64,000 nt of DNA from a virus (lineage: Duplodnaviria > Heunggongvirae > Uroviricota > Caudoviricetes): the IMG/VR virus record IMGVR_UViG_3300032323_003295, positions 28,490 through 92,489 of that record; one strand, given 5' to 3'. A program made the position numbers and the translations under genes. Positions 37,986 to 49,486 of this stretch are shown here, piece by piece. Below the pieces are notes generated by a model. It ran no database searches. It saw only the letters and a list, made by a program, of their open reading frames with translations, and had not been told where the DNA came from. The stretch's first letter is position 1, and every line of letters starts with the position of its first letter.

Positions 37986-40900
37986 TTAATTTGATGGTCC
38001 AATATTTGTTGGTATTGTAATAGGTATTATTATATTATTTTTATTTACAATATTTTCATCTATTGTATATTTCTCTAAATAATCTTTATTTGCTTTAGTT
38101 AATGTAGATGTTTCTAAATAATACTTTAAATCCCAAGTTGATGAGAAAATGAAGAAATCATAAATAGAATAACCAAATTCATCTAACATTGGATAAACTG
38201 ATTTCTCATCTGCATTATCTTTTAATTTTAAAATGCTTCCTTTTCTATTTATTTTTCTAACTTTTCTTTCTTTGACAATACCAAAGTTTGTTAATGTAGT
38301 ATCAAATAAATAGTTACCAGTTTTTTTATACTCATAATCTCTTTTAAATAATTCTATATCATAAAATAAAGGCATGTAATATCCACTAAATCTATAGATA
38401 GTATCACTTAGTATATTTTTTGAACCATGATAGTTTTCTGTAACCTTAGGTGCAAATTGATTCTCAATTATATTAACACCAACTGGATTACCATTATAAT
38501 AATTCAACTGATTAATATTTAGTATTTTACCATTTTCTAACTTTCTGAAAGGATTTAATGGATTAGGTAAGTTAATAGGTCTTTTTAACAAAGATTGTAT
38601 TTTAACATCTAAACTATCAGGTCCTTCACACTTAATTATATAAGGTAAATTAACAATATTATTAGTATAACTATATTTATTAATTGTATTATCTTCATCA
38701 ATAACTACATAAGATACATAATCAGTAAATCCATACTTATTAGTTATATCATTTATTGATGCCATAAAATTAGTAGCAGTTAATTTTTTATATAATTCAT
38801 TATAAAGGTCATCTCTATTAGTTGATGAAACATTAGTATATGTATTATCTGATATATTTATATTAACTAATATATTTTTCCACTTTTTATTGATATAGAT
38901 TATAATACCATTATCAAGTGTTGAAGTACTTGCAGTACCATTAGTTGCCATATAATATTTATCATTTAGTAAAATAATTGGATTTCCATTTTTATTATCT
39001 TCTGTATAGCTTCTGTTATATCTAAAATCTGTATCTGGTATTAAACTATATCTTCTTTCCCAACCATTATAAATACCTGGTTCTAAACCTGGTAATATTA
39101 CCAAAGAATTATTATATAATATTTCATTATGAACAACATAAGAACCAGCAGTATATGTTTTAATAGGATTCCAAATTTCAACTAATTTCCATTTGAAATA
39201 ACTTGGTACAAAAAAAGATGTAGATTTGCTCCATTTAAGTTCATTAATAATTGTATTATTGACATTATTATCTATTAATGATATATAATAATTACCACTA
39301 CTTTTAACAATATCAGATTTAGAATATGTTACAGTTGAATTAAAGTCATTAATAGTGGATATATCAACCCATTGACTTTGATTAGGATGGAAAATATTAT
39401 TATCTGTATTAGATATAAAAACTTTATTATTATACATTACAATACTTCCTGTTGCATATTGATTAGAAGGTTTCCAAAAATCTATAGTATAAGGTATCAA
39501 GTTACCTATACCAATTACAGATGAATTATAATATTGTGTACTTGTTTGTGTAGGTAGAGTATTTTCTACATAATATTCACCTGAATTATACACAAAACTA
39601 CCATTTGTATTTAAACTTCCAGGTGACCAAAATATCTCTTTATTAGTAAGAATATTACTATAAATATCCCAACCTTGGTTAGTAGGATTTGATAAAACAT
39701 CAACAGGAATAGCATTTAAAATAATTTTAGTGGTAGGTCCACAAGGTCCTAAAGGTAGACCACTTCTATTTTGATATAAAATATCATCAAATATAACAAT
39801 AGAGTTAATAGCATATATTTTATCCATTTTCCATTCATCAATTATAGTCCATTCTAAAGTACTTGCAGATTGTGTCAATGATGCTGGTATAGTATTGGTA
39901 AGAGAAAAATCATTATCAGATAATAAAACAGACATTTTATAATCCACAAAATCATTATTTGTTGATATGTTAATTTTATCAATTTGATTATTAGAGTTTA
40001 AGTTAACTCCTTCTACTTTATAAATTTCAAATCTAATTCCTCTAAATAAACTATGATTAGGAACTGAGTCATCTCCAACATTAAAGTAAGAATATTTTAT
40101 AGTATTCTTTTTAATATCACCATTTAAAAATTGTGTTTGCTTACTAAAAAAGTAACTAAAATAATCATAAGAGTAAGTTCCTTGATTTAAGTACTTATCT
40201 AACTCAAACTTAAATGTGTTATCAATAGTATTATCACTATTAAAATTCTCAACATGTAAACTATGATGTAAATATGATGATGTTGCAGAATTTATAGTAT
40301 AGAAATAATCTAAATTTCTTTCAATTCTTCTAGGATGTATATCAGAAACATTTACAGTTCTATTATAATCTTCAAATATCAAAGAGTTATTTAGTAAGTA
40401 AGGCATATCATTTCCTGATATTGAGTTTTGAAATCCAAATCTACAATAAACTGGATTCTTTCTCCATATTTCTGATAAGTTACCAGTTGTATCATCTACC
40501 TTAAAAGTTTCATAATTTGCAGTGTACTCAGATGATACAGGAATTTTAACCACTTCATTCTTATAAACAAAGTCATCTAAATCTCTTGGATCAGTTTTAC
40601 TTGTCAAATCTTCAAAATACATTTTAGTTTCATCTGTATTTGTAAGGTCTGTTAACTTTTCATATTCATATTTAGAATATTCAGTATCAATCAATCTATC
40701 ATCAAAATCTTTAATATCAGTAAGTTTTGCCTTATAGATATTAAATATTGTAGGTGGATTATTAAAATCAACTATAGTATTAATTGTTTTTTCAACATTA
40801 TTTACCTTATAAGTGTAACTATTCTCATTAAATTGAAATGAATAATCACTATTAACACTAATTGAATTAGTACCACTTTGAATTAAACTATGATAAAGAC

Positions 40901-42278
40901 CATCAATATTAATTAACCAAATATCAGCAGTATTAAAATTATCAATAGTAATTGGCATATCACTCATATCTTTCAATATATTATCTCTAATCTCACCAAA
41001 ATTTTGATTAAAACTTGAATAGGTCATTCCACCAAAATCTAAATCAGATATTATTCTATACTTAGTTACAATTACTTCACCATAATTTTCAACTGCTGAT
41101 TTTGTATTAGTAGTTAAATCTTTAGTATTGATTATTTTAACACTAGATGCTTGTTTTTTAGATGAACTAAATCCTAAGTCTCTTTGCATTCTATCTTCTG
41201 ATGTATTACCTTTAGTGTTTTTAACTTTAATTAATTGATTTGTAATAGTTTCTGTATATTGTTCTACTTTATAATATTTACCTTTATATTCTACATAAAA
41301 AGGTTTCTTATCTGTCCAAACTTCTTCAAATGGATAACCACTTGGTGATGATAATATATTTCTATCATCACCTGATAAAACAACAATATCACTTTTTAAA
41401 GGAACTGGTATATAAGATGACATTGTTGTTACCAACTCTAAATCATCTAAATAAAATCCATAGTATCTATTTATAGACCAGCTTCTTTTTTGTTCTGGTG
41501 TAGATGGTGTATCATCAAATAAAAAAGACAAGTTTAGTATATTAGGAAAAACAACCTTATTATTTTTATAAGAATCAAATACAAACTTTTCAAATTCAAA
41601 TATTTCTTTTTCTTCATCTAAAATATCATCAATGAATAATGATTTAGAAGTATATCCACCATTTTGATAATCAATACCATTCCATCTACAAAACTCAAGA
41701 TTTCTAAAATCTATTTCTAATGGTGCATCAGGAAAATATTTGTTATCAACAAAGTTTGTATATAACCATTCACCAAATAAACTTTCTTTAGTTAAATCAA
41801 ATAGTTTAATTGTTTTGAATTTACTAATAATATCAGATTTAAAATTTGCAGTTGTTAGTGTTCCAATACCAGGACCATCTACTCTAAATACAATAAAGTT
41901 TTTAGGAAGTCCTGTCTTAGTAATATAAAGTGGTGCAAAGTATTCATACTCTTCTGAATAATTCTTATTATCAATTATATTTCTTGCACCATAGTTATAT
42001 AGTTCATCATATTGATAAGCAAAATCATTTGACATTGTTTCTGCATCATTCTCATATTTTATACTATATGCAGTCTCTGCTGGTAAATCTTTATAAAAAT
42101 AAGGTATTAACTCATCATAATAATTACTCTTATTAAATGAGACCTTTTTGAATTTGTCAAAAGACAAATTCATATTTGATTCAATACTATCTAAACTTAG
42201 CTTATAGTTAGTATCAATCATTATTTTTATATTAGTTGTTAAACCAACATTGGTTCTTAATATGGCAAATGATTTCAT
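37986..42278 (-). CDS. Large virion structural protein (1,430 aa; baseplate/fibre candidate)
   Basis: Long uninterrupted ORF, N/Y/S-rich with no catalytic motifs. It is tightly packed with the 1,066-aa gene upstream (7-nt gap). Confidence 0.7.
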   Translation of the reverse strand: MKSFAILRTNVGLTTNIKIMIDTNYKLSLDSIESNMNLSFDKFKKVSFNKSNYYDELIPYFYKDLPAETAYSIKYENDAETMSNDFAYQYDELYNYGARNIIDNKNYSEEYEYFAPLYITKTGLPKNFIVFRVDGPGIGTLTTANFKSDIISKFKTIKLFDLTKESLFGEWLYTNFVDNKYFPDAPLEIDFRNLEFCRWNGIDYQNGGYTSKSLFIDDILDEEKEIFEFEKFVFDSYKNNKVVFPNILNLSFLFDDTPSTPEQKRSWSINRYYGFYLDDLELVTTMSSYIPVPLKSDIVVLSGDDRNILSSPSGYPFEEVWTDKKPFYVEYKGKYYKVEQYTETITNQLIKVKNTKGNTSEDRMQRDLGFSSSKKQASSVKIINTKDLTTNTKSAVENYGEVIVTKYRIISDLDFGGMTYSSFNQNFGEIRDNILKDMSDMPITIDNFNTADIWLINIDGLYHSLIQSGTNSISVNSDYSFQFNENSYTYKVNNVEKTINTIVDFNNPPTIFNIYKAKLTDIKDFDDRLIDTEYSKYEYEKLTDLTNTDETKMYFEDLTSKTDPRDLDDFVYKNEVVKIPVSSEYTANYETFKVDDTTGNLSEIWRKNPVYCRFGFQNSISGNDMPYLLNNSLIFEDYNRTVNVSDIHPRRIERNLDYFYTINSATSSYLHHSLHVENFNSDNTIDNTFKFELDKYLNQGTYSYDYFSYFFSKQTQFLNGDIKKNTIKYSYFNVGDDSVPNHSLFRGIRFEIYKVEGVNLNSNNQIDKINISTNNDFVDYKMSVLLSDNDFSLTNTIPASLTQSASTLEWTIIDEWKMDKIYAINSIVIFDDILYQNRSGLPLGPCGPTTKIILNAIPVDVLSNPTNQGWDIYSNILTNKEIFWSPGSLNTNGSFVYNSGEYYVENTLPTQTSTQYYNSSVIGIGNLIPYTIDFWKPSNQYATGSIVMYNNKVFISNTDNNIFHPNQSQWVDISTINDFNSTVTYSKSDIVKSSGNYYISLIDNNVNNTIINELKWSKSTSFFVPSYFKWKLVEIWNPIKTYTAGSYVVHNEILYNNSLVILPGLEPGIYNGWERRYSLIPDTDFRYNRSYTEDNKNGNPIILLNDKYYMATNGTASTSTLDNGIIIYINKKWKNILVNINISDNTYTNVSSTNRDDLYNELYKKLTATNFMASINDITNKYGFTDYVSYVVIDEDNTINKYSYTNNIVNLPYIIKCEGPDSLDVKIQSLLKRPINLPNPLNPFRKLENGKILNINQLNYYNGNPVGVNIIENQFAPKVTENYHGSKNILSDTIYRFSGYYMPLFYDIELFKRDYEYKKTGNYLFDTTLTNFGIVKERKVRKINRKGSILKLKDNADEKSVYPMLDEFGYSIYDFFIFSSTWDLKYYLETSTLTKANKDYLEKYTIDENIVNKNNIIIPITIPTNIGPSN

Positions 42279-42284
42279 GACTTA

Positions 42285-45200
42285 TTATTTTTTACTTGTT
42301 GTTGAGAAGTCATCAATGTAAGCAGGTCCACCACCTATATTATTGAACTTTCTAACTGCAACTTTATTTCTGTTTAAATTAAATTTAAGAGTAAATGTGA
42401 ATGGTCTATTTTCAGATTCATTCTCTACAAAAAACTTTAATTTCTTAACATGTTTAACTGTCTGAGTTGAATTATTCAAATCAATATATTGATAGTTTAA
42501 TCCATTTTGACTACTATCTAATGAGTTCATTTTAAAATAAATATTCAATGGAACTATTATAGAATTTCTGTCACCTGCAGCAACTGTACGAATCTTGTCA
42601 CTATTTACTTCTTGAATACTTTCAAGGTCTTTAACAACTGGATGAATTGTAGTCAAGAATTTAGTTGTTGATGCAACTGATACTGTAGTATCATTCCACT
42701 TTGTAGGATCTAATAATGATTTATTATTACCAATAAATGCCAATATTGTTGATTCATTATAACCAAGATTATATTCATTAGATGAAAGTACATTAGTTAC
42801 TGAGTTTGAATTATCTGTATTAAATGCATTACCAACATTTTCAGATAGTTTAGAAACTGTTGTTTGTGTAATAGAATCATAGTTAACCATCCAAATAAAT
42901 TGATTATCAAGTTGTGTTCTTGTTTGACCACTTACATCAACTGTTTTTAATTCATCTTGATTATTTACCCAGAAAGTTTGAGGTGCAGTTGAATTATAAA
43001 CATTACCTGTACCATCAATATAATTTCTATTTGATAATAAACCTAATACTGATTCAGTTGCTTTATTTCTAAACTTAACAACAAAGTCCTTAATTATATA
43101 AATATTATTTTGGTAAACTCTACCTGTAGGAGCACCTGTTGCAGTATATGAATCTAAGTAATCTTCACACTCAACATTGAATGTTGTTTCTGATCCATTT
43201 GATACAACAAACTCTTGGTTATTTCTAAGAATAATAATTTCAAGTTCACCTTTAGCTCTTTTGATTTTTTCTTCTAATGCAGTAATTCTATCTGTTAACT
43301 TTTGAATATAAGTATATAAATCTAATGAAACACCATTTTCATCTTGAAAACCAGAAAGAACTTTTTTAGCTTCATGATGATAAGTAACATTATTAACTGT
43401 TACTGTATCTGATAAGTGTTCATCTAAACCTTTAGCAGATAACTCAGCATTCATACTTATTTTTAAATCTTCCTTAGTAGCTTCTCTTAATATAAATTCA
43501 TTTTCATTAAGAACTGTATTTAAGTCATCTGGAAAGTCCACTGTCACTATATCAGACCAATCTGATTCTACTGCAGCTTCTGGCCAACCTACCTCTGAAA
43601 TTGATTTAATTCTAAACTCAATTCTTTCATTTGGTAAAATAGGTAAGTCAAATTGATTTATATTAGGAGTATCTGCAGATGTAACATCTTCAATTTGCCA
43701 AGTATATTCACCAGTTGTACTATTATAAACTCTTTTTCTTGCATCTGTTTTATATTCAGACCAGTTAGAAAAAGCTGCCTTACTCTGAGAATCTGTTATT
43801 GAATAAGTCTCAACTGGAGATTCTTTACCATCTTTACTTACTTTTCTGTATTGAACTCTAAATTGTACAATTTCTTGTGGTCTAGTTCCAGTTGTAATAA
43901 CTGCTTGAGGAATATTCCAGAAACCTCTTACATTAAATTGAGGATCAACTTTAGTTTTAGGATCTTTTGAAAGGTCAATAATCTCTTGAGTTACTGATGC
44001 AAGTAATTTACTTTTACTGTCTTTTTTAGATATTAATCCTTCAATCTCTAAATCTGCTTGTTTCTTTGCAGAGTCTGATTTATACTTAGTAAATTTTGAA
44101 GTTTTATTTCTTGATAAAATTGCTTCTTGTACTTGTTGTATCTCTGATTTTAAAGATAACTGATAATTATGTTTTTGTTTAACTAAATTAGAATCTGGTG
44201 AATCAGTAAGGTGTTTATTAATTTGAACAACCTTGAAGTTATCAACACTCAAAGTTGGCGCAACAGGAGTACCACCTAATGCATTAGGAGTTTTCTTAGC
44301 AACTAAATCTTGTAAAACAACACCATAATCATAAACATAATCAATATAGAATTGTTCCATTGACAAACCATTTGCAGTAGATGTAGAATCTAATCTTAAA
44401 TCATTTGTATAATAACCAGTACCTAAACTCCATTTCTTGGCAACTAAGTGATTATCAGTATTAATTGGTTTAATGAAAAGAACATTTCTCTCATTGTAAC
44501 CAATACTTACTCTACATCTTTTAGCATAAATAACATCAGAATAAACTTTTAATGTTCCAACACCAACTGGGATTGGCTCAATTCCTTCTAATCTTTCAAC
44601 TCTAACTCTTGGATTACTCTCAACCGTAGAAACTTCAATTATTCTATATTTAGTGGATGATTGAGCAGTATTTATAATTAACTCATCTCCAACTGCCAAT
44701 TGTCTAGTCTGTCCTGCATCAACTACTAAATACTCAAGAGTATCTAATACATACCAAAGTTTTTTATTTAATCTATCTTCTTGTATTCTCAATACACTAA
44801 ATTGACCATCATATAATAAATTATTTGGTTCTAAATCAAAAATCTGTTCATCAAATTTAGGATTAGTAGCATTTAAAACACCTGTAGTAGTTTTATGCCA
44901 ATTTTCAAATTCTGAAATGATGATATTTGCATTTCCTCTAAATAATTGATTATATGAATTTAATGCTGATTGACCATTAGTAGTTAATGAACCATCTGCA
45001 TTTTTCTCAAAATCAACAATATATCTTCTAACTAAACATTTTCTTACATTATCTTCAATTTTGTTAGATAGGTCTAACTCTACTGAAATCATTGGATCCA
45101 TTAATGAATCAAAGAACCAGTTTGGACTTGATTTAAAAGTTGATATAAAACCAATACTACTAATAGGTGTAGGGTCTCTATTCAAATCTACAGTAACTAA

Positions 45201-45485
45201 CTTCTTATACTTATTTTGTGTAGTTGTTTGTATTAAAGAACCAGCACCATCAATACCATACAATGAATTTATATTATTATTCAATCTATCAATCTCACCT
45301 TTTAAAGATGTAAAAGATGGCATTGTGAAGTTTCTTAATACTCCATTTGCATCAAATATTTGAAGATTTACTGATGACTCAGTTGTTGTTGTTAATGAAC
45401 TAATTTTAGATAGTATTTCAACAATATTTTTATTATAAGATATTATTTGGTCTGCTACCTTTGGAAATGAACTTTGAATTGCCAT
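42285..45485 (-). CDS. Large virion structural protein (1,066 aa)
   Basis: Long ORF that is first in this minus-strand structural block. Internal coiled-coil segment around aa 700-760. No enzymatic motifs. Confidence 0.7.
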   Translation of the reverse strand: MAIQSSFPKVADQIISYNKNIVEILSKISSLTTTTESSVNLQIFDANGVLRNFTMPSFTSLKGEIDRLNNNINSLYGIDGAGSLIQTTTQNKYKKLVTVDLNRDPTPISSIGFISTFKSSPNWFFDSLMDPMISVELDLSNKIEDNVRKCLVRRYIVDFEKNADGSLTTNGQSALNSYNQLFRGNANIIISEFENWHKTTTGVLNATNPKFDEQIFDLEPNNLLYDGQFSVLRIQEDRLNKKLWYVLDTLEYLVVDAGQTRQLAVGDELIINTAQSSTKYRIIEVSTVESNPRVRVERLEGIEPIPVGVGTLKVYSDVIYAKRCRVSIGYNERNVLFIKPINTDNHLVAKKWSLGTGYYTNDLRLDSTSTANGLSMEQFYIDYVYDYGVVLQDLVAKKTPNALGGTPVAPTLSVDNFKVVQINKHLTDSPDSNLVKQKHNYQLSLKSEIQQVQEAILSRNKTSKFTKYKSDSAKKQADLEIEGLISKKDSKSKLLASVTQEIIDLSKDPKTKVDPQFNVRGFWNIPQAVITTGTRPQEIVQFRVQYRKVSKDGKESPVETYSITDSQSKAAFSNWSEYKTDARKRVYNSTTGEYTWQIEDVTSADTPNINQFDLPILPNERIEFRIKSISEVGWPEAAVESDWSDIVTVDFPDDLNTVLNENEFILREATKEDLKISMNAELSAKGLDEHLSDTVTVNNVTYHHEAKKVLSGFQDENGVSLDLYTYIQKLTDRITALEEKIKRAKGELEIIILRNNQEFVVSNGSETTFNVECEDYLDSYTATGAPTGRVYQNNIYIIKDFVVKFRNKATESVLGLLSNRNYIDGTGNVYNSTAPQTFWVNNQDELKTVDVSGQTRTQLDNQFIWMVNYDSITQTTVSKLSENVGNAFNTDNSNSVTNVLSSNEYNLGYNESTILAFIGNNKSLLDPTKWNDTTVSVASTTKFLTTIHPVVKDLESIQEVNSDKIRTVAAGDRNSIIVPLNIYFKMNSLDSSQNGLNYQYIDLNNSTQTVKHVKKLKFFVENESENRPFTFTLKFNLNRNKVAVRKFNNIGGGPAYIDDFSTTSKK

Positions 45486-45519
45486 TATTCTAAAATGATT
45501 TTTTAGTATATATTAAATT

Positions 45520-45795
45520 TTGTTTATTTCTTTAAGTTTTATTTTGTATATTTGTGTCATGAAAATATATAATGTAACATTTAATGATGGTGGTTGGCAT
45601 AGTGGTCCACTACCAAGTTTTCAGATAGTGGCTGAAAACAAACAAGAAGCAATTGAAAAAGTTTTAGAGAAAAATCCACGTTATAAAACTGGATGGGATA
45701 AATGGGCAAGTGAATTCAAAATAGAAGGATATGTCATAGAAGTCTATGATGAAAAAACATATAATAGAAATAAAAATTTGGATAAATTGGTTTAA
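45520..45795 (+). CDS. Hypothetical small protein (the start may be Met14 at 45559)
   Basis: 91-aa ORF. The hydrophobic first 13 residues overlap a promoter-like AT-rich region. Confidence 0.4.
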   Translation: MFISLSFILYICVMKIYNVTFNDGGWHSGPLPSFQIVAENKQEAIEKVLEKNPRYKTGWDKWASEFKIEGYVIEVYDEKTYNRNKNLDKLV

Positions 45796-45824
45796 TACCT
45801 TATCTTTGTAAAAAAATATAATAT

Positions 45825-47669
45825 ATGATAGATAGAATAGTAGCAAAATTAGAAGAAGCAAATACAGCTTATAGAACTGGTAACTCAATCATGTCTGATA
45901 AAGACTATGATGAAATGGTTGACTTACTTTTTTCATATGACCCTGAGAATGAATTTTTCTCTAAAGTAGGTTTAGAAGTTATTGATGAAACAAGAAAGTC
46001 TAAACTGCCTATTGACATGGCTTCTATGAATAAAATTAAAACTATGGAAGAAATTCATAGTTGGTTAAGATTAAAAGGTATCAATCTTAATACTGAAATT
46101 GTTGCAACTCCTAAGTTTGATGGTCTTTCATTATGTCAAGATGAAATCAATACTGGTACTTTTACAAGAGGTGATGGTATCTATGGTCAAAAATCAGATG
46201 AACACTACAAATTAATCCAAAATCATTTATGTGATAATGGTAGCTTTGCTTATACTTATGGTGAAGTTATTATGCCTAAGAAAACTTTCTTAGAAAAATA
46301 CTCTTTAGATGCAGGAACAGGTGAGTTTGCAAACCCAAGAAACTTAGTTGCTGGATTACTTAACTCAAAAGAAGTAACAGAACCTCTAAGAGATTGTCAA
46401 TATATTAAATATGGTGCAATTTCAAATCCAGGAATTACATTCACTACAAAATCAGAAATACTTGATGTGTTAAATGCTCACCAAAGAGTTGGTGTTAACT
46501 ATCATGTATGTAAAGCAAATGAACTTACAGAAGAACTACTTATTAGTTTATTCCACAATTGGTCTACTGACTATGAAATTGATGGTATAATTCTTGAAGT
46601 AAATAATCTTGACTTACAAGAAAGTTTAGGAAGAGAAACATCTTCTAACAATCCTTGTTATGCAAGAGCATTCAAACATGATTCATTTGAACAAAGAGCT
46701 GAAACTACAATCTTGGCAATTGAAGATAATATCTCAAAACAAGGTTTAGTTAAACCGGTTGCTATCATTGAACCTATTAAATTAGATGGTGTAACTGTTT
46801 CAAGATGTACACTTAATAACTACAAATTTGTTAAAGATAATAGATTAGGAGTTGGTGCAAGAGTTGTAATAAAAAGAAGTGGTATGGTTATCCCTAAGAT
46901 TGTTGAAGTTTTAGAATCTGTTGAGTTTGTTATGCCTACTATTGATGGTGTTGAACTTGGATGGAATGAAGCTGGTATTGAAGTAATCACTTTAACTGAA
47001 ACTGATGAACAAAAAATAAAACAAATAGTTGCTTTCTTTGAAATTTTAGAAGCAGACAATGTTGGTGAAGGTGTTATTACTCAATTATGGGATGCTGGTT
47101 TTCAAACAATTGAATCAGTATTAAAAGCAACTAAAGCTGATTTAGAATCTATTGATAGATTTGGTAAAAGAAAAGCAGCTATTGTTTTTGACTCAATCAG
47201 AAAAGCCACTACAAATGTTGAGTTATCTAAACTACAACATGCTACAGGTTTCTTCAAAGGACTTGGTAGTAAAAAATTAGCTCTTTTAGAGTTTGATGAA
47301 AAGCCTACATTAGAACAAGTTATGTCAATTGAAGGATTTGCTGAAATTTCTGCAAAATCTTATTTGGATAGCTATGATAAATTCTTTACATTTGTTAAAG
47401 GTCTTCCAGTAACAATTGCAGAGAAAGTAGAAGCAGTACAAGTTGGTGATGATTTAGTGGGTACTTCATTTGTATTCACTGGAGTAAGAAGAGCAGACTT
47501 AGAAGAAGTTATCACATCAAGAGGTGGTAAAATTGGTTCATCTGTATCAAAAACTACTACTCACCTTGTAATGAAAGCTAAAGGATCAGGATCAAGTAAA
47601 GAAACAAAAGCAATCAGTTTAGGAGTAACAATTCTTACTATTGCTGAATTAGAAGATATGTTGAAATAA
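45825..47669 (+). CDS. ligA: NAD+-dependent DNA ligase
   Basis: N-terminal Ia domain, adenylation motif VATPKFDGLSL (KxDG), OB, zinc-finger, HhH and C-terminal BRCT-like region. At 614 aa the size is typical for LigA. Confidence 0.9.
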   Translation: MIDRIVAKLEEANTAYRTGNSIMSDKDYDEMVDLLFSYDPENEFFSKVGLEVIDETRKSKLPIDMASMNKIKTMEEIHSWLRLKGINLNTEIVATPKFDGLSLCQDEINTGTFTRGDGIYGQKSDEHYKLIQNHLCDNGSFAYTYGEVIMPKKTFLEKYSLDAGTGEFANPRNLVAGLLNSKEVTEPLRDCQYIKYGAISNPGITFTTKSEILDVLNAHQRVGVNYHVCKANELTEELLISLFHNWSTDYEIDGIILEVNNLDLQESLGRETSSNNPCYARAFKHDSFEQRAETTILAIEDNISKQGLVKPVAIIEPIKLDGVTVSRCTLNNYKFVKDNRLGVGARVVIKRSGMVIPKIVEVLESVEFVMPTIDGVELGWNEAGIEVITLTETDEQKIKQIVAFFEILEADNVGEGVITQLWDAGFQTIESVLKATKADLESIDRFGKRKAAIVFDSIRKATTNVELSKLQHATGFFKGLGSKKLALLEFDEKPTLEQVMSIEGFAEISAKSYLDSYDKFFTFVKGLPVTIAEKVEAVQVGDDLVGTSFVFTGVRRADLEEVITSRGGKIGSSVSKTTTHLVMKAKGSGSSKETKAISLGVTILTIAELEDMLK

Positions 47670-47980
47670 TGGATAAACAGAAAAGTGCATTTTATAATGG
47701 TATAACATTTGTTGATATTGAAGGACAAATTAATTTACCTATAGATTATGAAACAGACAGAATACCTAACAAAGGTGATGTTATGTGTTTTAATAGTATT
47801 ATTGGTAATAAATCAACTTATCATCATTGTGTAGTCTTATATGTATATGATAAAAGAACTATTTTATCTGGACCAATTGAAGATGGTGAAATATTTTCAA
47901 CATCAATATATGTAGTTACTAGAAAGATAGAACCTGAATTAGGAGAAAAAACATGGAAGTCAATTTTAGAAAATATTTAG
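47669..47980 (+). CDS. Hypothetical protein
   Basis: 103-aa ORF with its start overlapping the ligA stop (ATAATGG). Confidence 0.45.
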   Translation: MDKQKSAFYNGITFVDIEGQINLPIDYETDRIPNKGDVMCFNSIIGNKSTYHHCVVLYVYDKRTILSGPIEDGEIFSTSIYVVTRKIEPELGEKTWKSILENI

Positions 47981-47981
47981 T

Positions 47982-48284
47982 ATGAATGAAGAGTTAGAAT
48001 TACATTTAGATAATATGATTCAAAATATGAAAGAAATGACTGATATTCTTAAAAGATATAATGATAATCATAGAGGTGAAGATTTTGGTACAGTCAGATT
48101 TTATAAAGGTGTTGAAGATGGTATCTTAGATAACATGATTAATGCAGATGAAAAACAGTTTAATACTATAATGACTGCTTATAAGTTCAGATATTATAGA
48201 GAGTTTAATACTGATAAAGAATTACTCAGAAGTGAGATAACAAAAAGAATTAGAGAAAAAAAGTTAAATAAATTAATAGGATAA
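47982..48284 (+). CDS. Hypothetical protein
   Basis: 100-aa ORF. Confidence 0.45.
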   Translation: MNEELELHLDNMIQNMKEMTDILKRYNDNHRGEDFGTVRFYKGVEDGILDNMINADEKQFNTIMTAYKFRYYREFNTDKELLRSEITKRIREKKLNKLIG

Positions 48285-48288
48285 AGTT

Positions 48289-48702
48289 ATGTGGACATTT
48301 ATAATTGGATTTTTAATAGGTGGATTAGTATTTGGTGTTTTAGGGTTTTTAGTTGGAAATTCAAAAGAACAAAAAGAAACAAAATCCAAAGAATCTAAGA
48401 AAGAAGAACCAAAATACATTAGACGTGGTATTTGGTCTAATGGATATAGTAGTGGTTCTGGTGAAAATAAGAAAGAATTTGAAGTACAATTTGAATTAGG
48501 TGAAATAGAATCCACTTCTACTAAATCAAAAGTTGTTGTTATATCATTAGTTTCAAGTCGATCTGAATATAATGATGCTTCTACTAGAAAAAGCCTTTCA
48601 GAAATGGTTGATAATACTTGGATGTTATCAACAGACATTGAGTGGATTGATGATACATCAAAAATGAGAAATGATAAAATTGACCAAATATTAAATGGAT
48701 AA
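48289..48702 (+). CDS. Membrane protein (one N-terminal TM helix)
   Basis: MWTFIIGFLIGGLVFGVLGFLVGNS forms a TM segment and is followed by a charged region. Confidence 0.5.
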   Translation: MWTFIIGFLIGGLVFGVLGFLVGNSKEQKETKSKESKKEEPKYIRRGIWSNGYSSGSGENKKEFEVQFELGEIESTSTKSKVVVISLVSSRSEYNDASTRKSLSEMVDNTWMLSTDIEWIDDTSKMRNDKIDQILNG

Positions 48703-48723
48703 ATATGGATAAATTATTAGAAG

Positions 48724-49335
48724 ATGATGTATAAACTAAAAGATGGTGATATAGTTAAAATATTACCAATATTAAAAAAGAATGGTTTCTCACCAGTAGA
48801 AGAACTAAGAGGGTTTTATATTGGTGGTAAAGTAATATATGATACACCACAGAACCATTTAAGAATTGCCTTAAAGAATAAGTCTTATAAAGAAGGATCA
48901 TATCAAGATCCATCAAGTTTACAAAGAGCAAAGGTTGTACTTTGTATTTATCATGAAGGTGAGATAAAATTTACATTAGTTGGTAAAACAATCAAAGACA
49001 AGTTAATAAATGGTTATAAATTTGATCCAAGAAATAACTATCAATTGAAGGTAAATATTGAAATGATAAGTAGTCATGTAGGCCCATTACAATCATTTGA
49101 TAATTGTGAAGTTATTCAACAAGATTGGGATAAACCCAATATTGATATTGATAGTCAGGAAGCATGGTTTGAATGGTTAAGAACAAAACAACCATTTTAT
49201 ATTGAAGATTTTGTTGAGAAACAAAATGTTTTTAATAATATTGACATTCTTAAAAAAGAAGGACTTAGTGATTATATTTATGAAATAATTGCAGAGAATA
49301 GAGAGAAAAAAATAAATCAAGTATTGACAGTATAA
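48724..49335 (+). CDS. Hypothetical protein
   Basis: 203-aa ORF. Confidence 0.5.
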   Translation: MMYKLKDGDIVKILPILKKNGFSPVEELRGFYIGGKVIYDTPQNHLRIALKNKSYKEGSYQDPSSLQRAKVVLCIYHEGEIKFTLVGKTIKDKLINGYKFDPRNNYQLKVNIEMISSHVGPLQSFDNCEVIQQDWDKPNIDIDSQEAWFEWLRTKQPFYIEDFVEKQNVFNNIDILKKEGLSDYIYEIIAENREKKINQVLTV

Positions 49336-49486
49336 AAAGTATAAAAAAACATAGAGAACTAATCAAACTTTATATATACTTTGTAATATAATTTGTTACA
49401 ATATAAAGCAATTAAAAACAATCAAAAACAATCAAAAACAATCAAAAGCAATTGACAGCAAGTCAACAAAAAATCAAAAGCAATCT

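Noticed and set aside
45796-45824. TATAAT hexamers immediately upstream of several ATG starts (e.g. 45818-23 before ligA, and before 24418 and 31066), as evidence of leaderless transcripts
   Set aside because: In a genome this AT-rich, TATAAT-like hexamers occur by chance at high frequency. There is not enough evidence without transcript mapping.
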